Made by a program: the position numbers and the translations under genes. From assembly GCA_964016885.1 (NCBI GenBank), contig OZ024742.1:80042001-80106000 (forward strand): a DNA stretch of 64,000 nt. Direction: 5' to 3'. Below the pieces are notes generated by a model, which saw only the letters and a list, made by a program, of their open reading frames with translations, was not told the origin of the DNA and searched no databases. Positions 14,491 through 29,816 of this stretch are shown here, piece by piece. Origin of the DNA: Eledone cirrhosa (Eukaryota). How positions within the stretch are numbered: position 1 is the first letter of the stretch; the number at the start of each line of letters is the position of its first letter.

Positions 14491-14759
14491 TCTATCTATC
14501 TATTATATCTATCTATCTATCGATCTATCTATCTATGTCTACGGGATGGACACACGCGTATAACTTGCTGAGTAAGTTCTGTTTAAATTTCTATAGAAAT
14601 TCTTGTCTGATAACTTTAATTTTTGTACCATTTTGTAGAGGGACTGCCAGGTCAAACTTTGATCTGGTCAGTCTCTCAAAATATTCCACGCCTTTAGGCG
14701 AAATAGTTAAACGAAAAAAAAAAAAGTTTTTTCTTGTTGAAAAGTCAATATTTTTTTAA

Positions 14760-16512
14760 ATGGCCGAAGCTTCTTCACCAAAATTCGAAGGAGGAAAGGG
14801 GAAGATGAACTTACAGCTTCCCCCTGCCACTGTCACAGTAGCAGAGGTCAAGAAGAAAGGTCAGCCAGAGGAAGAATTCTCTCCACCTGTTAACCGACAA
14901 CTTGACGTTGCCATGGCAACAACCCAAAGAACCAGCAGTAACAGCAACAACAACAACAATGCGACGGACGAAAACAACACCAATAACAATAACAATAACA
15001 ACAACAACAAGACCAATAACGGTGACAACAACAACAATGATAACAACAACACCACCAACGACAACAACAACACAAACAAACAAAATTTCTCCTTCGCCGA
15101 GACGACAAGGAAAACCCTCGACTATCTGCCAGTAGATATAACAAAAGCGAAGGAGCTACTGGCGGATGCGAAAAAATATATAGTGTACGGGGAAAATGGT
15201 TCATTCACAATCCATTCCCCCCCCGGAACTAAAAAGCCAGAGACTCCTAAACACGGTCATGTTTAGGACAATCTCGAACAAAAGTAAAAAACCAGCTCAA
15301 CCATCACAGAGCGAGATAGAGCTGGTTTTAAAAGACGTCATGAAGGACATCACCTTCATTCAGAAGGATAGACTCTACGGGAGTCTATCCATTCTCATGA
15401 AGGACAGGGACACAGCAGTGAAACTGTCCATCAAACCAATCACATCCACCGCATACACCTTCTACCCTACGTACATGGGTAGAAGAACACAAAAAATAAA
15501 AATCCACACCATCCTGCCGATTATGGACATATGGTGGGTTTTGACAGGTTTTCTGGACCTGGATGATGACATGCTGGTGTCCATGGGAAAGGCATCGGGT
15601 GACGCGTTCAGTGGAACGAGCCTCGAACTTGTAGTTCAAATGAGGCCCGAAAGGATCGCCCAGATCCCTGAACGCGTCATACTGGATGATCTAACCTTCA
15701 TCAACATTACCGTTGAGGGTAGACGGCCCTCGTGTTACCTCTGCGGAACCAGAGGTCACCTGAGGGCTGTCTGTCCCCAACTTAATAAGAAAACCCCAAT
15801 CCTGCCTACACCACCAACAACTGCACAACCAACACAATCACCACAACTACCACTACAAAAACAACCACCACAGCTCAAACCAAAACAAAACAATGTCCAA
15901 CCCATCCCCTCCACTCAAAAAACAAAAACAATTTCCAAAACACCCGTACCGCAAACACAACCCGAAAATATACCCCTCCCCTCCAACGCGGAAGATGACC
16001 CTAGTTCGTCGTCAGACGAGGAGGAGCACTTCCACACAATCAAAAGAAAAAAAAGAAAACACACCTCAGACACACAAATGAAAAAAAACCCTCCCCAAAA
16101 CATAACACTGACACCAACACAAAAGAGCTCACAACAACAGCAAACAAAAAACACCACACAAAAACAAAAACATGCATACACATACATAAATACAAGAAAC
16201 AAAAAACTGTTAAACATTGTGTACAACAACAATCTAATTAAAACACAAGGGCCTAACTTCACCCAGGCAGGGGATTTCCCCCACCTCAAAATGATTAAGG
16301 CCCCACAGGACACCTATAAAACTTTAAAAAACAATTTTAAAGAGGACGTGGGTCCCCCCTGCGTCGGGCCCATTAACCGCGTCCTCCTAAAAAATTTCCC
16401 ACCCCCTCCCCAAACACCCACACAACTCCAAGCTCCCCAACCACACAACACACTGATGCCCCCACACTTCCACAAACCACCACCCCACCCAACAACCCAT
16501 CCCCCACCCTAA
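14760..16512 (+). pseudogene. Tx1 ORF1 (gag-like, zinc knuckle), one frameshift
   Basis: ORFs 14760-15266 and 15196-16512 join at a C run near 15220; CYLCGTRGHLRAVC knuckle; poly-Asn N-terminus; Pro/Gln-rich tail. Confidence 0.85.
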
Positions 16513-16577
16513 TGGAAATTGTGCAGCCCGATACCCGGGACGCAGAGAGGTAAGTGCCTTTTCTCTTCACCACCAAC

Positions 16578-19500
16578 ATGGCTATGCTAAGAGTAGGCTG
16601 TTTAAATGCGCGTGGCCTGGGCTCAACTTGGAAGCAAGCAATGCTTCTAAATGACCTCAGGTCACAACGTATAGATGTGATGGTTATTTGCGAGGCCCGG
16701 ATCAGCAACGTGCGACAGCTGGCCCCCACCTTTGATGACTTTGAGATGCACGCATCTCTCTGTCAGCCCGGAGGTGGGGTGGAGTTGTCGTTCTGCTGCA
16801 AAGACATCTGGGTCTCGCAACACAGATGGTACATTTGGACCCGGAGGGTCGACTAGTGGTTCTGGACCTTGGCAGTGGTAAAGGCGGAGCGTTTAGGTTG
16901 GTAGCTGCCTACGGCCCTTTCGGGTCAATGCAGCCAGACTTCTTCCATCTTCTGGAGACTTTTCTAGGGACGTCCCGCTCCTTGCTATTAGTGGGGGACT
17001 GGAATGGTATCCTAGATGCACGCTGGGACTACGTAGGGGCCTGCCCCGATAGAGAGGGGTGTAATAGCCTCAAAGGGTTAATCGGTCGATTTGAGCTGGC
17101 CGATAGATATCGACTAGATTAACCAACTGCGCCAACCTGGACTTGGGCAAATCGTAGCGGATCATCTAGGTCGTACCTAGATAGGTTCTTAGTTAGAATT
17201 AAGGATAAGGACTTTTTAAGTTGTCCAAAAATGCGCATGGTTGGCTATTCAGACCACAAATTAGTGGCCTGCATGGTCAACCTTGACAGAACTCATAGAC
17301 AGGGCCCCGGTTACTGGAAGCTCAACTTGTCCTTGCCGGCAAGTAGAGCCTACAGGAATCGGATTAGTACGTTAGTTAAGGAACGGTTGACTGGAGCGAT
17401 CGTCAACAGCAGGTGGTGGGTATCTCTAAAGAGAGAGATTAGAGTAGTCTCGATAGAATTTAGTAAGGTTCTAGCTGCGGATAGGAATGGGAAGCAAAGG
17501 GAGCTAATAGATAGAGTAGAAGAGGCAATTAGAAGCGGCGACGTGGCCAGAGTGCTAGCGTCGAGAACGGCTTTGAGCCAGTTTTTCGACGCGAAGCACG
17601 AAGGCTGCGTTGTCCGAAGTAAAATACGTGCTCTAGGGAACGAGGGGACCAAAGCTGTTAGCTGGGCCCGCGTGAAAGAGGCCAACAGTGGAACTAAATC
17701 CACCATCCGGTCTTTGCGAGACCTGGATGGACGGGCGATTCTTGAGCCTAAGCAGATGTGTGAGGCCTTTCAAAGGCACTTTGCCCGACTGTTCGGGAGG
17801 GGCGGGGAGCCGGTTGGGAACGTGGACTTCGGTCCATACCTCGACGGCCTGCCGCGCCTCTCGGACAGGGAGGCGAAATCCTGCGAGGAGCCGATTTCGG
17901 CCGCTGAGATAGAGGACGTGCTGAGCCAATGCGGCAAACGCAAATCCCCGGGTCTCGATGGTCTTCCTTACGAATTATATCTAGCTATGCCGGACTTGTT
18001 CCCCGATCTCCTCGAGGCGGTCTACTGCAACTGGCAACAGAACGGGAGAATTCCCTGTAGTGTGACCAAGGGCGTAGTCACGCTAGTGAGGAAGGACGAG
18101 AACAAGGGGGACGAAATAAGTAACTTCAGGCCCATAACTCTGCTAAATACAGAGTTACAGATTTTGGCCAAGGTGCTAGCAAAGAGGTTGGCGTTTGTCG
18201 TGGGAAACCTGGTGGGAGATGCGCGGACATGCGCTATCCCGTCCAGGTCCATCCATGACAACCTCCACCTCATGCGATACATCATAGAGAGGGTTGGGAA
18301 CGAACCCGGCTTTGGTGGGGCTCTGATCAACTTGGAACAATCTAAGACGTTCGATAGGGTCGACCATGGTTACCTGGATGCGGTGCTAGCGGCGGCAGGC
18401 TTCGGACCCGTTTACAGGGGCTGGATCACTGCTATGCACAGCAGCCGCATCTGCTCTAGGGTCAAGGTGAACGGCTACCTCTCGGAGCCGTTCAAAATCG
18501 CGCGGTCCATCCGACAAGGGTGCCCTCTCTCCTCCCTTCTGTATGTGTTGACTCTCGAGCCACTACTGCGGGAGTTGGAGTTGTTGCAGGGCATCCCTTT
18601 GGAACCGGGATTGCGGAAAGCGGTGTCGGCCTACGCCGATGACGTGACAGTAATGGTGTCGAGGGCCTCCGAAATCGAGGCGGTCGGCACCTTACTGGAG
18701 GAGTACGAAAAGTTCACAGGGGCTAAGCTGAACCGGGACAAGTCGATCGGTTTGCAACTCGGCACGTGGAGGGGCAGACCGATGCCCTCCGATGGCGTCG
18801 TCGGACGCTGGACGGAGGGCCCGGTGAAGTTGCTCGGGGTCTGGTTGGGACCGGACCTCCAGGTGGAGAAAAACTGGGCGGAGGTTACGAACAGGGTGTT
18901 TGCACTGACCCAGAAGTGGGCCAGTTGCAAACTATCCCTGAAAGGTCGGGCGGAGGTGGCGAACACTTATATAGCGTCCGTCATCTACTACCGCCTGACC
19001 GTAGTGCCCTGCCCAAGGGAAACCCTCACCAAGATGGAGCGCGCGCTCTTCCAATTCCTTTGGAAGAGGCGGGCTCCTATGGTGAGGAGATCCATCTGCT
19101 GTCAACACCCTTCGAAAGGAGGGCTGGGGATGCCGTGGCTAATGATGCGTAAACACGCATTAAGGCTACGGCACCTCTACGTATTCCTCACCGGACGACC
19201 GGTGTGGGCCTCGTTTGTGAGACGAACCTTTCCCAGACTCGTCTCACTCACCGAGCTGCAATCCTGGGTCAAGCAAAGACCGAGAAAACTGGGCGCCTGG
19301 CACACTGAGTGTGCCCAGGCGCTCACCGCCCTCTGGTAGGCGGATCCGGTTATCAGTGGAGACTCCACCGCAACATTCTATCGAGGGCTGGTACGCAGCA
19401 GGTGCGACGAGGCCCTCGGAGAAGCCCTAGACATGGAGGAGGACGAACTGGCCAGCCTGTTCGGTAGGACATTCAGCCCGGGACCTATGGACAACTTCCA

Positions 19501-20014
19501 GAAGTCCCTGGCCTGGCAGTGCTACCGAGGGGCTTTACCCGTTCGAGAAAGGCTCTACAGACACGGGCGCCCGGGTAGGGACCCCGCCAAAAAGATCTGT
19601 CCCAGATGCGTGTGCGACGAGGAAACCGTTGCACACGCATTGGTACACTGCTCGGGCGTAGCCGATCTGTGGGGCTATGTCGAACAACTGCTGTCAAGGG
19701 TGGGACCGATCCGGTTGACCATCGAGTCTATTGTAATGATCAAGCCGCCTCCCCCCTTCAAAGATGAAGCAGAGGCGGTGTTTCTGTGCGTAATAGCCAT
19801 GGCGAAAGAGGTTGTATGGTGGACGCGTCTGAAAGGACTGAGGTCAGGCACCTTTCTCTCTGGCCAACAACTGGTCCGTTTCTTCCGATATCATTTCGGA
19901 AGAAGGATCAGGATGGAGAGAGAGGTGCTGCACCCCAGCCGTTTCTATGAAAGATGGGTGAAAGTGGCGAGAATGGCCCGTGTGAATGGGCCTTCACTCT
20001 ACATCAGACTATAG
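16578..20014 (+). pseudogene. Tx1 ORF2: AP endonuclease, reverse transcriptase and zinc finger (few lesions)
   Basis: GCLNARGL, VGDWN, SDH (APE); GPGYWKLN, KSPGLDG, RQGCPLS, YADD (RT); CPRC...ETVAHALVHC. Frameshift near 16780, stops at 17120 and 19337. Confidence 0.93.
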
Positions 20015-20278
20015 GTGAGGAAGATGAAAGACCAAGGGAGCACCCCTTCTCTGTGCTCCTGAGGAGAAGGGTTGCACACTTTTTTCGGGGGTGTGTGCGA
20101 CCCCCCAAGGCGCCTCCTCTCTATTGAGGATTTTGTTATAAATTTTATTTTTTGTTATATCTTATTTTATTTTTATATTTTGTTATTGCCTCCTCCTTAT
20201 TGAGGACGCCTTTTTGTGTAAACTCCCCCCTTTGTACTTGTCCCACTTTTGATGCCCTAGTGGCAAATAAAAGAAACA

Positions 20279-20279
<1 letters not shown>

Positions 20280-20349
<70 letters not shown>

Positions 20350-20376
20350 ATCTATCTCTCTATATATATATATATC
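20280..20376. repeat. (TCTA)n/(GATA)n microsatellite at the Tx1 3' end
   Basis: Direct reading; the same repeat occurs at 14491-14536. Confidence 0.95.
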
Positions 20377-20596
20377 TAACCAGTAGTCGATACTTAGAAT
20401 AGTATAAAATGACTATACCAGAAAGCGTTTGGACCTAACCGCTGTGTTCTTGCCGTTTCAACCGCTAGTTCCAGGGTGTTAGCCAACAGGCTTCGGTCAA
20501 CTGGCCGTTGCATCAGGGTCGTGGCTTGTCCATAACAGGCTTTCCACTTAAGGGTAATGTTTGTTTTATAGGATGTTAAATAGGTGTTTTAGAAAA

Positions 20597-20627
<31 letters not shown>

Positions 20628-21312
20628 TAATTGCAGACACAGAGCCAGCGATTGACGCCGCGCCGAATCGCTAGAGCTGCCTGATAAAAGAATACCCCGG
20701 TTGAATATTGACAATCTTTATATACCTGTCAACAAAAGAACCTATCTTTTAGTTATCTCCAAAAAAACACAGATCAGCTAGTCGGCCTTACGATTGCCGC
20801 TGTTGCTTTGGGTGTATGATTTAGTTAGAGTTCTTTTTGTTGTACCTGTTACTGGTTGTTTATCTAACACTTAATTAAACTTACGGGCAGATGCATTCAT
20901 TTTTTAATATTTCAATTTATATGATTACTATTACTATGGATTTTAATGCGTGCGGAAAATTTGTGGGTGCGTATATATGTATATAGCACTTTCTACCTTT
21001 GTGTGTATGTGCGTTTGTGCCGAGCTATAAATGTTCGTGTTTGAGCAGGTGTTTGTAGGAGAGAGATGGTGATGATATATCTTATTTACTTTGAAAGAGC
21101 GAGGTGGTAAAGATACTTTTTATTTATTTGTTCTGCAACATAGTATGCCTAAGGTTGTGGTCGGTGCATACGTATGCTAGAGTGTGTGTTATTTGTTAGA
21201 GCTATTATTGTGGTATTTGTTGCTGGCTGGTTTACAAACGTTAATTTAACTTAAACTACAGGCGGATGCATACATATTTATATTTTACTCTCTCTCTATC
21301 TCTCTCTCTCGC

Positions 21313-21408
<96 letters not shown>

Positions 21409-23781
21409 AATAAACACGAAAATACAAACACGCGCAAACACATACAAGTGCGCCTCTGTGTGTGTGTATTTTTGTGTGTTTCTCAGTGTATGTGTATTTG
21501 TTTGAGTGTGTGTGTGCGTGTGTATTTATATTTATATAAATACAATATATATATTGGAAACAACAATTTTTATTCCTTGGCAACTGCGACTGCAATCCGA
21601 ATTCGACATATTGAAACAAACTTAATCTTGCTGTAAATGGATTTGGGAATAAATAATTTGAATTAAAAATTTTCGAATATTTATAGATAAAAATATATAT
21701 GCATATGTAATTTTTCAATAACCATGTTTCGTATGAAAGCGCTATATTAACACATTCCACATATGAAAATATATTTCGTTTGCCTTTAATGTTAGATGTA
21801 GACGTAATTGGTTTTGCACATAATAATGGAGTAATATAAGTTTATCATTAAATGAGAAGGGTACTGACACAGAATGAAGAAGGGATTAGTTTTGACAATG
21901 ACAGAACATTTCTAAATATTGTCATAGTTATTCCCTTATTAATATTCAGAAGATAATTAATTAGTTATAGCAAAATACTAATATCATCGTTACTACCAAT
22001 GAAATGCCGGTGGATTAGCAGTGTCATTAGAGCGTCAGTCAGAAGCCAATGATAAGTAAACTATACATAGCTCTGAGAAACATATACATATGGACCAGTT
22101 CCGAACACAGGCTACAAAACTCCCACTGTCACTGTCTCCGTCTCTGCCCCTCTTCTCATCTCTCACTAGTATGAGCAAATGGGTGCCCACGCACTGGCCG
22201 CCCCGCTGCCCCGGCAGACAAAATAGAGACGGCGTTTCCCCGGAGGATTGTGAGGGAGACGTGATGGAAGAGTCTTTCTAGCTGGCAATGAATTTCTGCT
22301 GTCATTTGTAAAAACAGCAAATTTCGTCAAAGTGGAATATGAACTGAGAAGGTTAAAAGCGTTACCTAAATACATTACATTTTATACCGGGTTATATCGA
22401 TTTTGAAAATACATTACACATTTTAATCTGCTTTTCTATATGTACAGGACAGACAGTTGGCTTCATTTGTAAAGCTGGCTGGTAGTTATATGATAATATA
22501 ACTATCCGTCTCTGTGATAGATAATTATCAACCACAGAGACGAGAGTTTTAATGTTGTCCACAATTGACTACGGGAATCCACTGTAAATCGCTTCTTACT
22601 TTACAACAGAATAACAACGTTAAAAGAAGAAATAACTATTTTGGCTTCTACGTTTTGACTCCCCCTCCATTTAACATATCAATCGAAAACAATAAAACAA
22701 CGCAGTTAAGAGCATAGTCAGTGTGCAACCCAGAATATTTCTTGTAGTATTAAGTTACGTTATTTCATATTCGGTAATCAAATTTAACTATAGTTTTGAA
22801 ATGGTATCCTCTGTACTCAATAAAATCAAATACCAATCAAGTAAAACTGTCAATTTTATCGAATACATTTTCTCAAGAAATATTTTTTCTTCTGTTTGAT
22901 GAGAATCTATTATTATTTCATTGGTAGTATCTTTATAGCAATGTGTTTCTTTGTACGGAGCGAACACATTGAACCATTTACATTTGTTTCAAACTATGAT
23001 TACAACCACGTTAGATGTTTCTTAGATTTTGCAATATACTGTTTTGTAAATAAATATTCGTTCTAAGCCTGCAGATACAACATTTGTACCACTTAAACCC
23101 TAATATAGTAGAATATATTCGGGCATCACTGGCATCAAAGGCAAACATGTTTTAGATGATTAAATTATTTCAGAACATGCTGACATTATGAGTTATATAT
23201 GATATCAATAATTACGTTTGCATATTGTTTGTATCAAAATACGCAAACCGCATTTTAAACACAGTTATTTTAAACCCATTTACAAAAGAAAAATGAACAA
23301 GAGACGTTTTAAACATTTAAAATAAACTGTATGGTAGATTGGAATAGTATTCTATGACACGCAAATCTCAGTTTCATATAACTTATATATTTAACGTTGT
23401 TCGCTTTTCAATGAATGATTCTCCATACCTTCAACAACATAACAGGTGAAGAGTGGCTAAAAATACCAATTGCCCATTCTCCTTTAATCATGTTAGCTTT
23501 TGGAAAATCAATTTCGGTTGATATTTCAGACGAACCGAACACTATTACTCCAGAAACTGTATTGTTAGAATACCTCCATTAGTTAATAGTAAGTATTCCT
23601 TACGTGGGAGAAATTCCGAATATGTATTATAAGAATATATAATTGGCTCATATACAATGAATGGAAAATATCTAAGAGAATAATATATCGACGAGACTAC
23701 ATGACGTTTTGTGTTGGCCCTTATATCTTCGAAGAGGTTCACCCTGTGGTCTTTTCCCTGAAGTGAGATCGCAATATTTAC

Positions 23782-23830
<49 letters not shown>

Positions 23831-23872
23831 ATAGAGAGGAAAATCTCACGAATTGTAACCCATTAGCCTATG

Positions 23873-24724
<852 letters not shown>

Positions 24725-25199
24725 TGGTACATAGTGATCAACTGATTAGGCTAATAGTTACTCAGTGTTATGCAGACAAAAAAAATGTTTTTTCCGGTTG
24801 GACAATGTATATTTAATAAACTTGTTTTGAAAGCAAATTATAGGCCGATTCTAAACAGCGATTTTGTGTAGTACATGAATAACGTACACATATCTTATTT
24901 AATGTCCACAAAGACCACTTTCTCTACAATTCAGGTGTATCCGAATCACACCAAACGGAGGGGAATTAGGTGTGACTTACAAATGTATCGCAACACTATC
25001 ATCAAAATCTAAAGAACTAAGCGAATAGAAAAAATATAATGCATCGCCACTGTCAGAAAGTATGTTCATTGCATTAATTTTTATCAAGCTATTTCTATAT
25101 CTTAGCTCAATATAATAACATGATGAATTACAATGTAGGAATGCCCCATTTTTTGATGTCTCCAATGTTGTGGGAATATTTATCAAATACTTCTTTCCG

Positions 25200-25663
25200 A
25201 GTGTATTCCATTGTCAGTGAGATGCAGATTTATCACCTTTGAAATATAACTAGAACTAGTGTATAATTATTTAATCGCCATAACATAACGTTACCCAAAC
25301 TTCTAGACATAATTATAGATTTAAGTACGGGCCGAAACAGTTCTTGTAGATAACAGAAATAACAGAATATACGTCATCACAACAATATGTGAAGGTATAA
25401 TCAGTAATCTTAAGTACGGAATAATAAAATAAATTTATCCACTGACGTGCATCTTTTATGGAGTTTGTTATACCGATCTGAGAAATATCAAATTCATTAA
25501 TGAAAAATGATTGCCCGACACCCAGTTTTAATTGATACCAGATTAGATTTAATTGGTGCCTGGTTAGAACCGAGAAGAGAAAGCTAATCGGCTACAAACA
25601 CCATCTTTATTACACCTTCTCGTTCTATCAAGTCATTGCATCTCACTGACAATGGAATACACT
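25200..25663. mobile_element. MITE-like element with perfect 27-bp inverted repeats
   Basis: agtgtattccattgtcagtgagatgca (25200-25226) / tgcatctcactgacaatggaatacact (25637-25663). Confidence 0.65.
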
Positions 25664-27030
25664 TCATTTACTTTTAGAAAAGTAGTATAAAGCTTGTGAT
25701 CTCCACCTACCTAGTATAGTTTCCCAAACGACAACACAGAAGCAATATTGTTAAAGTTGAACATCTCCAACAATTATAGTTATATATTAGTAAAAGAACG
25801 ATTATTTTCAAATATCCGGTTTAATACGATAGAAAATTACAAAGGACAAACGAAACAAATTCATGTTTTACCAAGTGTATTTTAACATGATATTTCAAGG
25901 ATATGACCCACTTTTCAAATGCGAAGCTGAAACAGTTCAAAACAAAACTAAATGCGCGATCGAAATATTCTTCCTAAATCGACCGAGGTCGCTACTCTAA
26001 CCCACTGCCTCGATCTTTCATATTGATTTTATCCGCCTGATGAAAATGGCCTCTCTATTCGTTATTGCCTATATTCCTTTCTGTCACCCATATGGTGACA
26101 TCAATGTCTTGGGTGTGGCATCTGTCAAAATGTATTTTTTAAGGAAGAGGCTCTGATCGTCATGTGCTCCCTCATCCGTATGTACTGCATAGTTAAATCG
26201 TAATTTATATTTCTCTAAAATTATGTCAAGAATTCATAACGCCCTGGTAGAGTAAAGGAATCCCATTACCCTAGCATCATATTGTTTGGAAATATAGGAA
26301 TTCTTAATGCTGTACAGTGGATGTTATATATGATTTTTATATAATTTTACAGTACGTTTTATATGTTTTATATGAAGCATAAGACAACTTCACAAGCCAC
26401 AGGTTCATAACAATTTAATATTCGTTTAAAAGAATATTTTCGGATATCAAATAGCAAGGCGAGATCATTATCACATGACTACACAGCGTGCTAATCACTC
26501 CAAGCTTAACTAAATAAATAAATATAACCAGGCGCTAACGAGTAACGTAGAAAACTTCATGCCCGACACCAGTGACATGTCGAGATAGTCGAGCCTTGTA
26601 CCACAATAGTGCAGTCGTTTCGGCTTGTAAATCATTCGGCCACCTATCCTACCCTCAATTCTAAGAATTATCTAAACTAGTACTTAGCATATATCCTATA
26701 ACTAGAATATATTTTAGGACTCAGCATGCTCATATTTTGTTTGCGTGAAAATACATATATTTTGAAAGATCATCCCGTTCACTTGTAAACAGAATCGTAT
26801 AAATATAAAAGGACTCACAAACTAACACACTACCACCTTCCACACCACACAATCAGACACACACACATACACATACACACACACACACGCACACACTCAT
26901 ATATATATATATATAAATGTAGACACAGAGAAATAGAGAGAGAGTGGGGGACACACACGCATATATACACAGGCATATATATATATATATGTCAGTTGAA
27001 AATTGCAAACTCGACTGTCACCACATATCA

Positions 27031-27069
27031 TGAACCTGAAGATTGCGAAAGCATGAAAGTACTTGTTCA
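27031..27069 (+). ncRNA. Minimal type I hammerhead ribozyme in a ~197-bp insert (26991-27187) between (TA)n runs
   Basis: TGAAC-CTGAAGA-t-TGC gaaa GCA-t-GAAA-GTAC-TT-GTTCA: 5-bp stem I, GNRA-capped stem II, palindromic AGTACT stem III. Confidence 0.75.
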
Positions 27070-27689
27070 ATTAACACTTAGAATTTAATATTCTATCATA
27101 CTATTTCATTATAATACCATTATATATATTTTAAAGGATTGTAAATAAAACGAGTAAATCAGACAAAGTTGGAATTCCTCTTATTAATATATATATATAT
27201 ATATATATACATTCCTGACTGCTTAATATGTTCATCCTATTACACCTATATTTTGTGATATGTTTGCCATATTATGCTATTTATACTTAAAACCTTTGCT
27301 TTCTTTTCCATGTTATTCTGTATATGCTTGATACCTCTGCACTCTTACTGTCTATATGCCTATGTACCACTAATGTCCTCCTTTGAGAAAAACCTTTTTT
27401 ATAATTATTTTGCAATATTTATTATACCCATTGCTACAGACCACAACATCCTCACTCTCATTGAATATGATACTATTGATAGAAACAATAATATCAACGA
27501 ATCTTTATCATTGTTCTGTGGAATAGGAACTTAATTATGTGTTTAAACTTTGCTAATTCTCAGATGAATTCAAACGGCTGTTCGGATTGTCAGCAATAAA
27601 ATGTATTGAACATAGTTTTGATTGTTTTGAACTTTATATATATATATATATATTTTGTTTCTGAATTTGTTTAGCAAGATTCTTCAGAT

Positions 27690-29390
27690 GTATGTGACAG
27701 CACGGAGGACCTCCTCAGCAGAATCGGCGAGAGTAACCGATCTAGGGACCTAACAAACTGCATAATAGGTAGTATGGATGTTGTGTCCCTGTATCCATCT
27801 ATTGACGTGGATTTTGCTGTGGAGAAATGCGTAGAAATGATCAGTGAGAGCAATGTTGAGTTCCGTGGGATTGATACCAGTGAGCTGGGACTCCTACTTA
27901 AACTTACCTATAGTAATAATTATCTAGACACATATGACCTTAGCAACCTGTGCCCTACAAGACCAGCAAGAGGCAGACCACCTACCATTACCTCAATGGC
28001 CAAGAAAACCCACACTGATAGATGGAACGGGTGGACCAGAGCCATACGGACCCCCGAAAACCACGATGAAGTAAAGAAAATGATTGCACATGCGGTGGGG
28101 GCCAGCATAAAATTAACGCTTAAGGAACATATGTTCAAATTTAATGGAAAAACATATGCCCAAGAGGAGGGAGCAGCCATTGGTGTTAGCATTGCAGGCG
28201 ACATAGCTAACTTATTCATGGTATGTTGGGATAGTAGACTTAAACTTAAACTTAAAGAACAATTAGAAGACCCCTTAACCCTGATAATATACTCCCGCTA
28301 CGTTGATGATATAAACATCGTAGTTAAAACACCCCCACTAGAGAACAGTCAGGAATTAGAGAAAAACACAATTGAAAGCATCCAGCATATAGCTAACTCC
28401 ATGCACCAGAGTATTAGAGTTACTATAGACTACCCAAGCAAACACCCCACCAATCGATTAACTGTACTAGACACAGAGCTCTGGTTAGATACCATTAATA
28501 ACAAAAAACAAATCCTCCATTCCCATTATGCCAAACCCATGACTTCCAAATATCTGATCCACCAAAACTCATCTGTTTCGGACCATACCAAAATCAACAT
28601 ACTGATTGCGGATTTGGTACGGGTGATGAGAAACGTGTCCCGCATGTGCAACCCCGAAGAACTAGAGAGACACATACAACACTTCATCCACCGTATGTAG
28701 TTCTCTGGTTACAATCAGAGAGATAAAATCAGAGTGTATAGAGGAGCCAGAATCAAATGGGAAAACATGTTAAATAATGACACAAATGGGACCTGCCCCT
28801 TGTATAAGAGCAAATTGTGGAATAGAATAGAAGGAACTAGGAATAAGGCTAATAGAATAAACTCATGGTATGATAGCAATAAATACCAGAGTGTAATGTT
28901 CATCGATACAAACCTTAGAGGTGAATTAGCTTACAAATTTAGAAGGGCCCTAGATAAACATAAACTCAATATTAAGATAGTAGAAAGACCAGGTACCTCC
29001 ATAAAAACACTTATTAGCAAGTCATACCATTTTCAAAGACCCCCTGTATAGATAAGAAATGTGTAACCTGTAAACTAAGCCCCCATATTAACTGTAAATC
29101 TAGAAATGTAGTATATAGCATAAGATGTACTAAAGGACGATGTAGAGATAAAAATATAGTGTACATAGGTGAGACACCTCGTAGTGTAGGGGAACGGATA
29201 AATGAACACTGGCGATACCTCCAAGATAGTAAATAATCATCCGTACTCTACCAACATGCTATAATAGAACATAAGGGTAAATTAGGGAACATAGAAATAA
29301 AAATAGAATCTACACACAGAAAAGACGCAATGTTTAGACAAATCACAGAGGCAATAAACAAAAGAATTACAACCAAAATTAAATAGAAAA
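27690..29390 (+). pseudogene. Penelope RT and GIY-YIG endonuclease (disrupted)
   Basis: MDVVSLYPSID, QEEGAAIG, RYVDD, VLD; stop at 28698; downstream NVVYSIRC...YIGETPRSVGERINEH near 29100-29210. Confidence 0.9.
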
Positions 29391-29627
29391 CATGAGTGGA
29401 AGAGCAACATCCCAACTTACAATTAAGGACAAAATGAAAACACACACGCACATAGAACAAACAAACAACCAGTAACATGTAAATAAACAAATAAATAAAC
29501 GAATATAAAAACACACAGGCACCCGGATGTGGAGCATGCGCAGACTGAGCACACAACACACACACATAAACAAGATGGCGTAGGACAGAACAAAGGAGAG
29601 GCCCCAAAACAAAGAAAAGAATCCCCA

Positions 29628-29670
29628 GTCACTGAAGAGGTCACATAATGTGTGACAAAAGAACTTTGAC
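29628..29670 (+). ncRNA. Hammerhead ribozyme in the Penelope 3' region (core G mutated)
   Basis: GTCA-CTGAAGA-g-GTCACA taatg TGTGAC-AAAA-GAAC-TT-TGAC; GAAA changed to AAAA, consistent with CpG decay. Confidence 0.7.
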
Positions 29671-29816
29671 AATATATAAACAACCAGCTGGTTGTGGAAC
29701 CAACCAACCAACCGGAAATTTATAAATTCCTAAATTTATGAATTTATTATAATAAATTGAAGTGAACACGTCCTGTGCGTTTGTTTCTTATTGGCAACAT
29801 GACCCTCCCAAAGTAT

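Larger units (their letters stand above)
14537..20279 (+). mobile_element. Near full-length L1/Tx1-clade non-LTR retrotransposon
   Basis: ORF1 with CCHC knuckle; ORF2 with APE, RT and C-terminal zinc finger; 3' UTR ending aataaaagaaac; (TCTA)n on both flanks. Confidence 0.93.

Noticed and set aside
15196-15266. Programmed frameshift in Tx1 ORF1
   Set aside because: The shift coincides with a C homopolymer and the element has other lesions; an indel or sequencing error is simpler
20380-22290. CpG-richer unique patches (20400-20720, 22170-22280) as exons or a promoter
   Set aside because: No recognisable protein or splice-supported ORF; cannot be supported without RNA data
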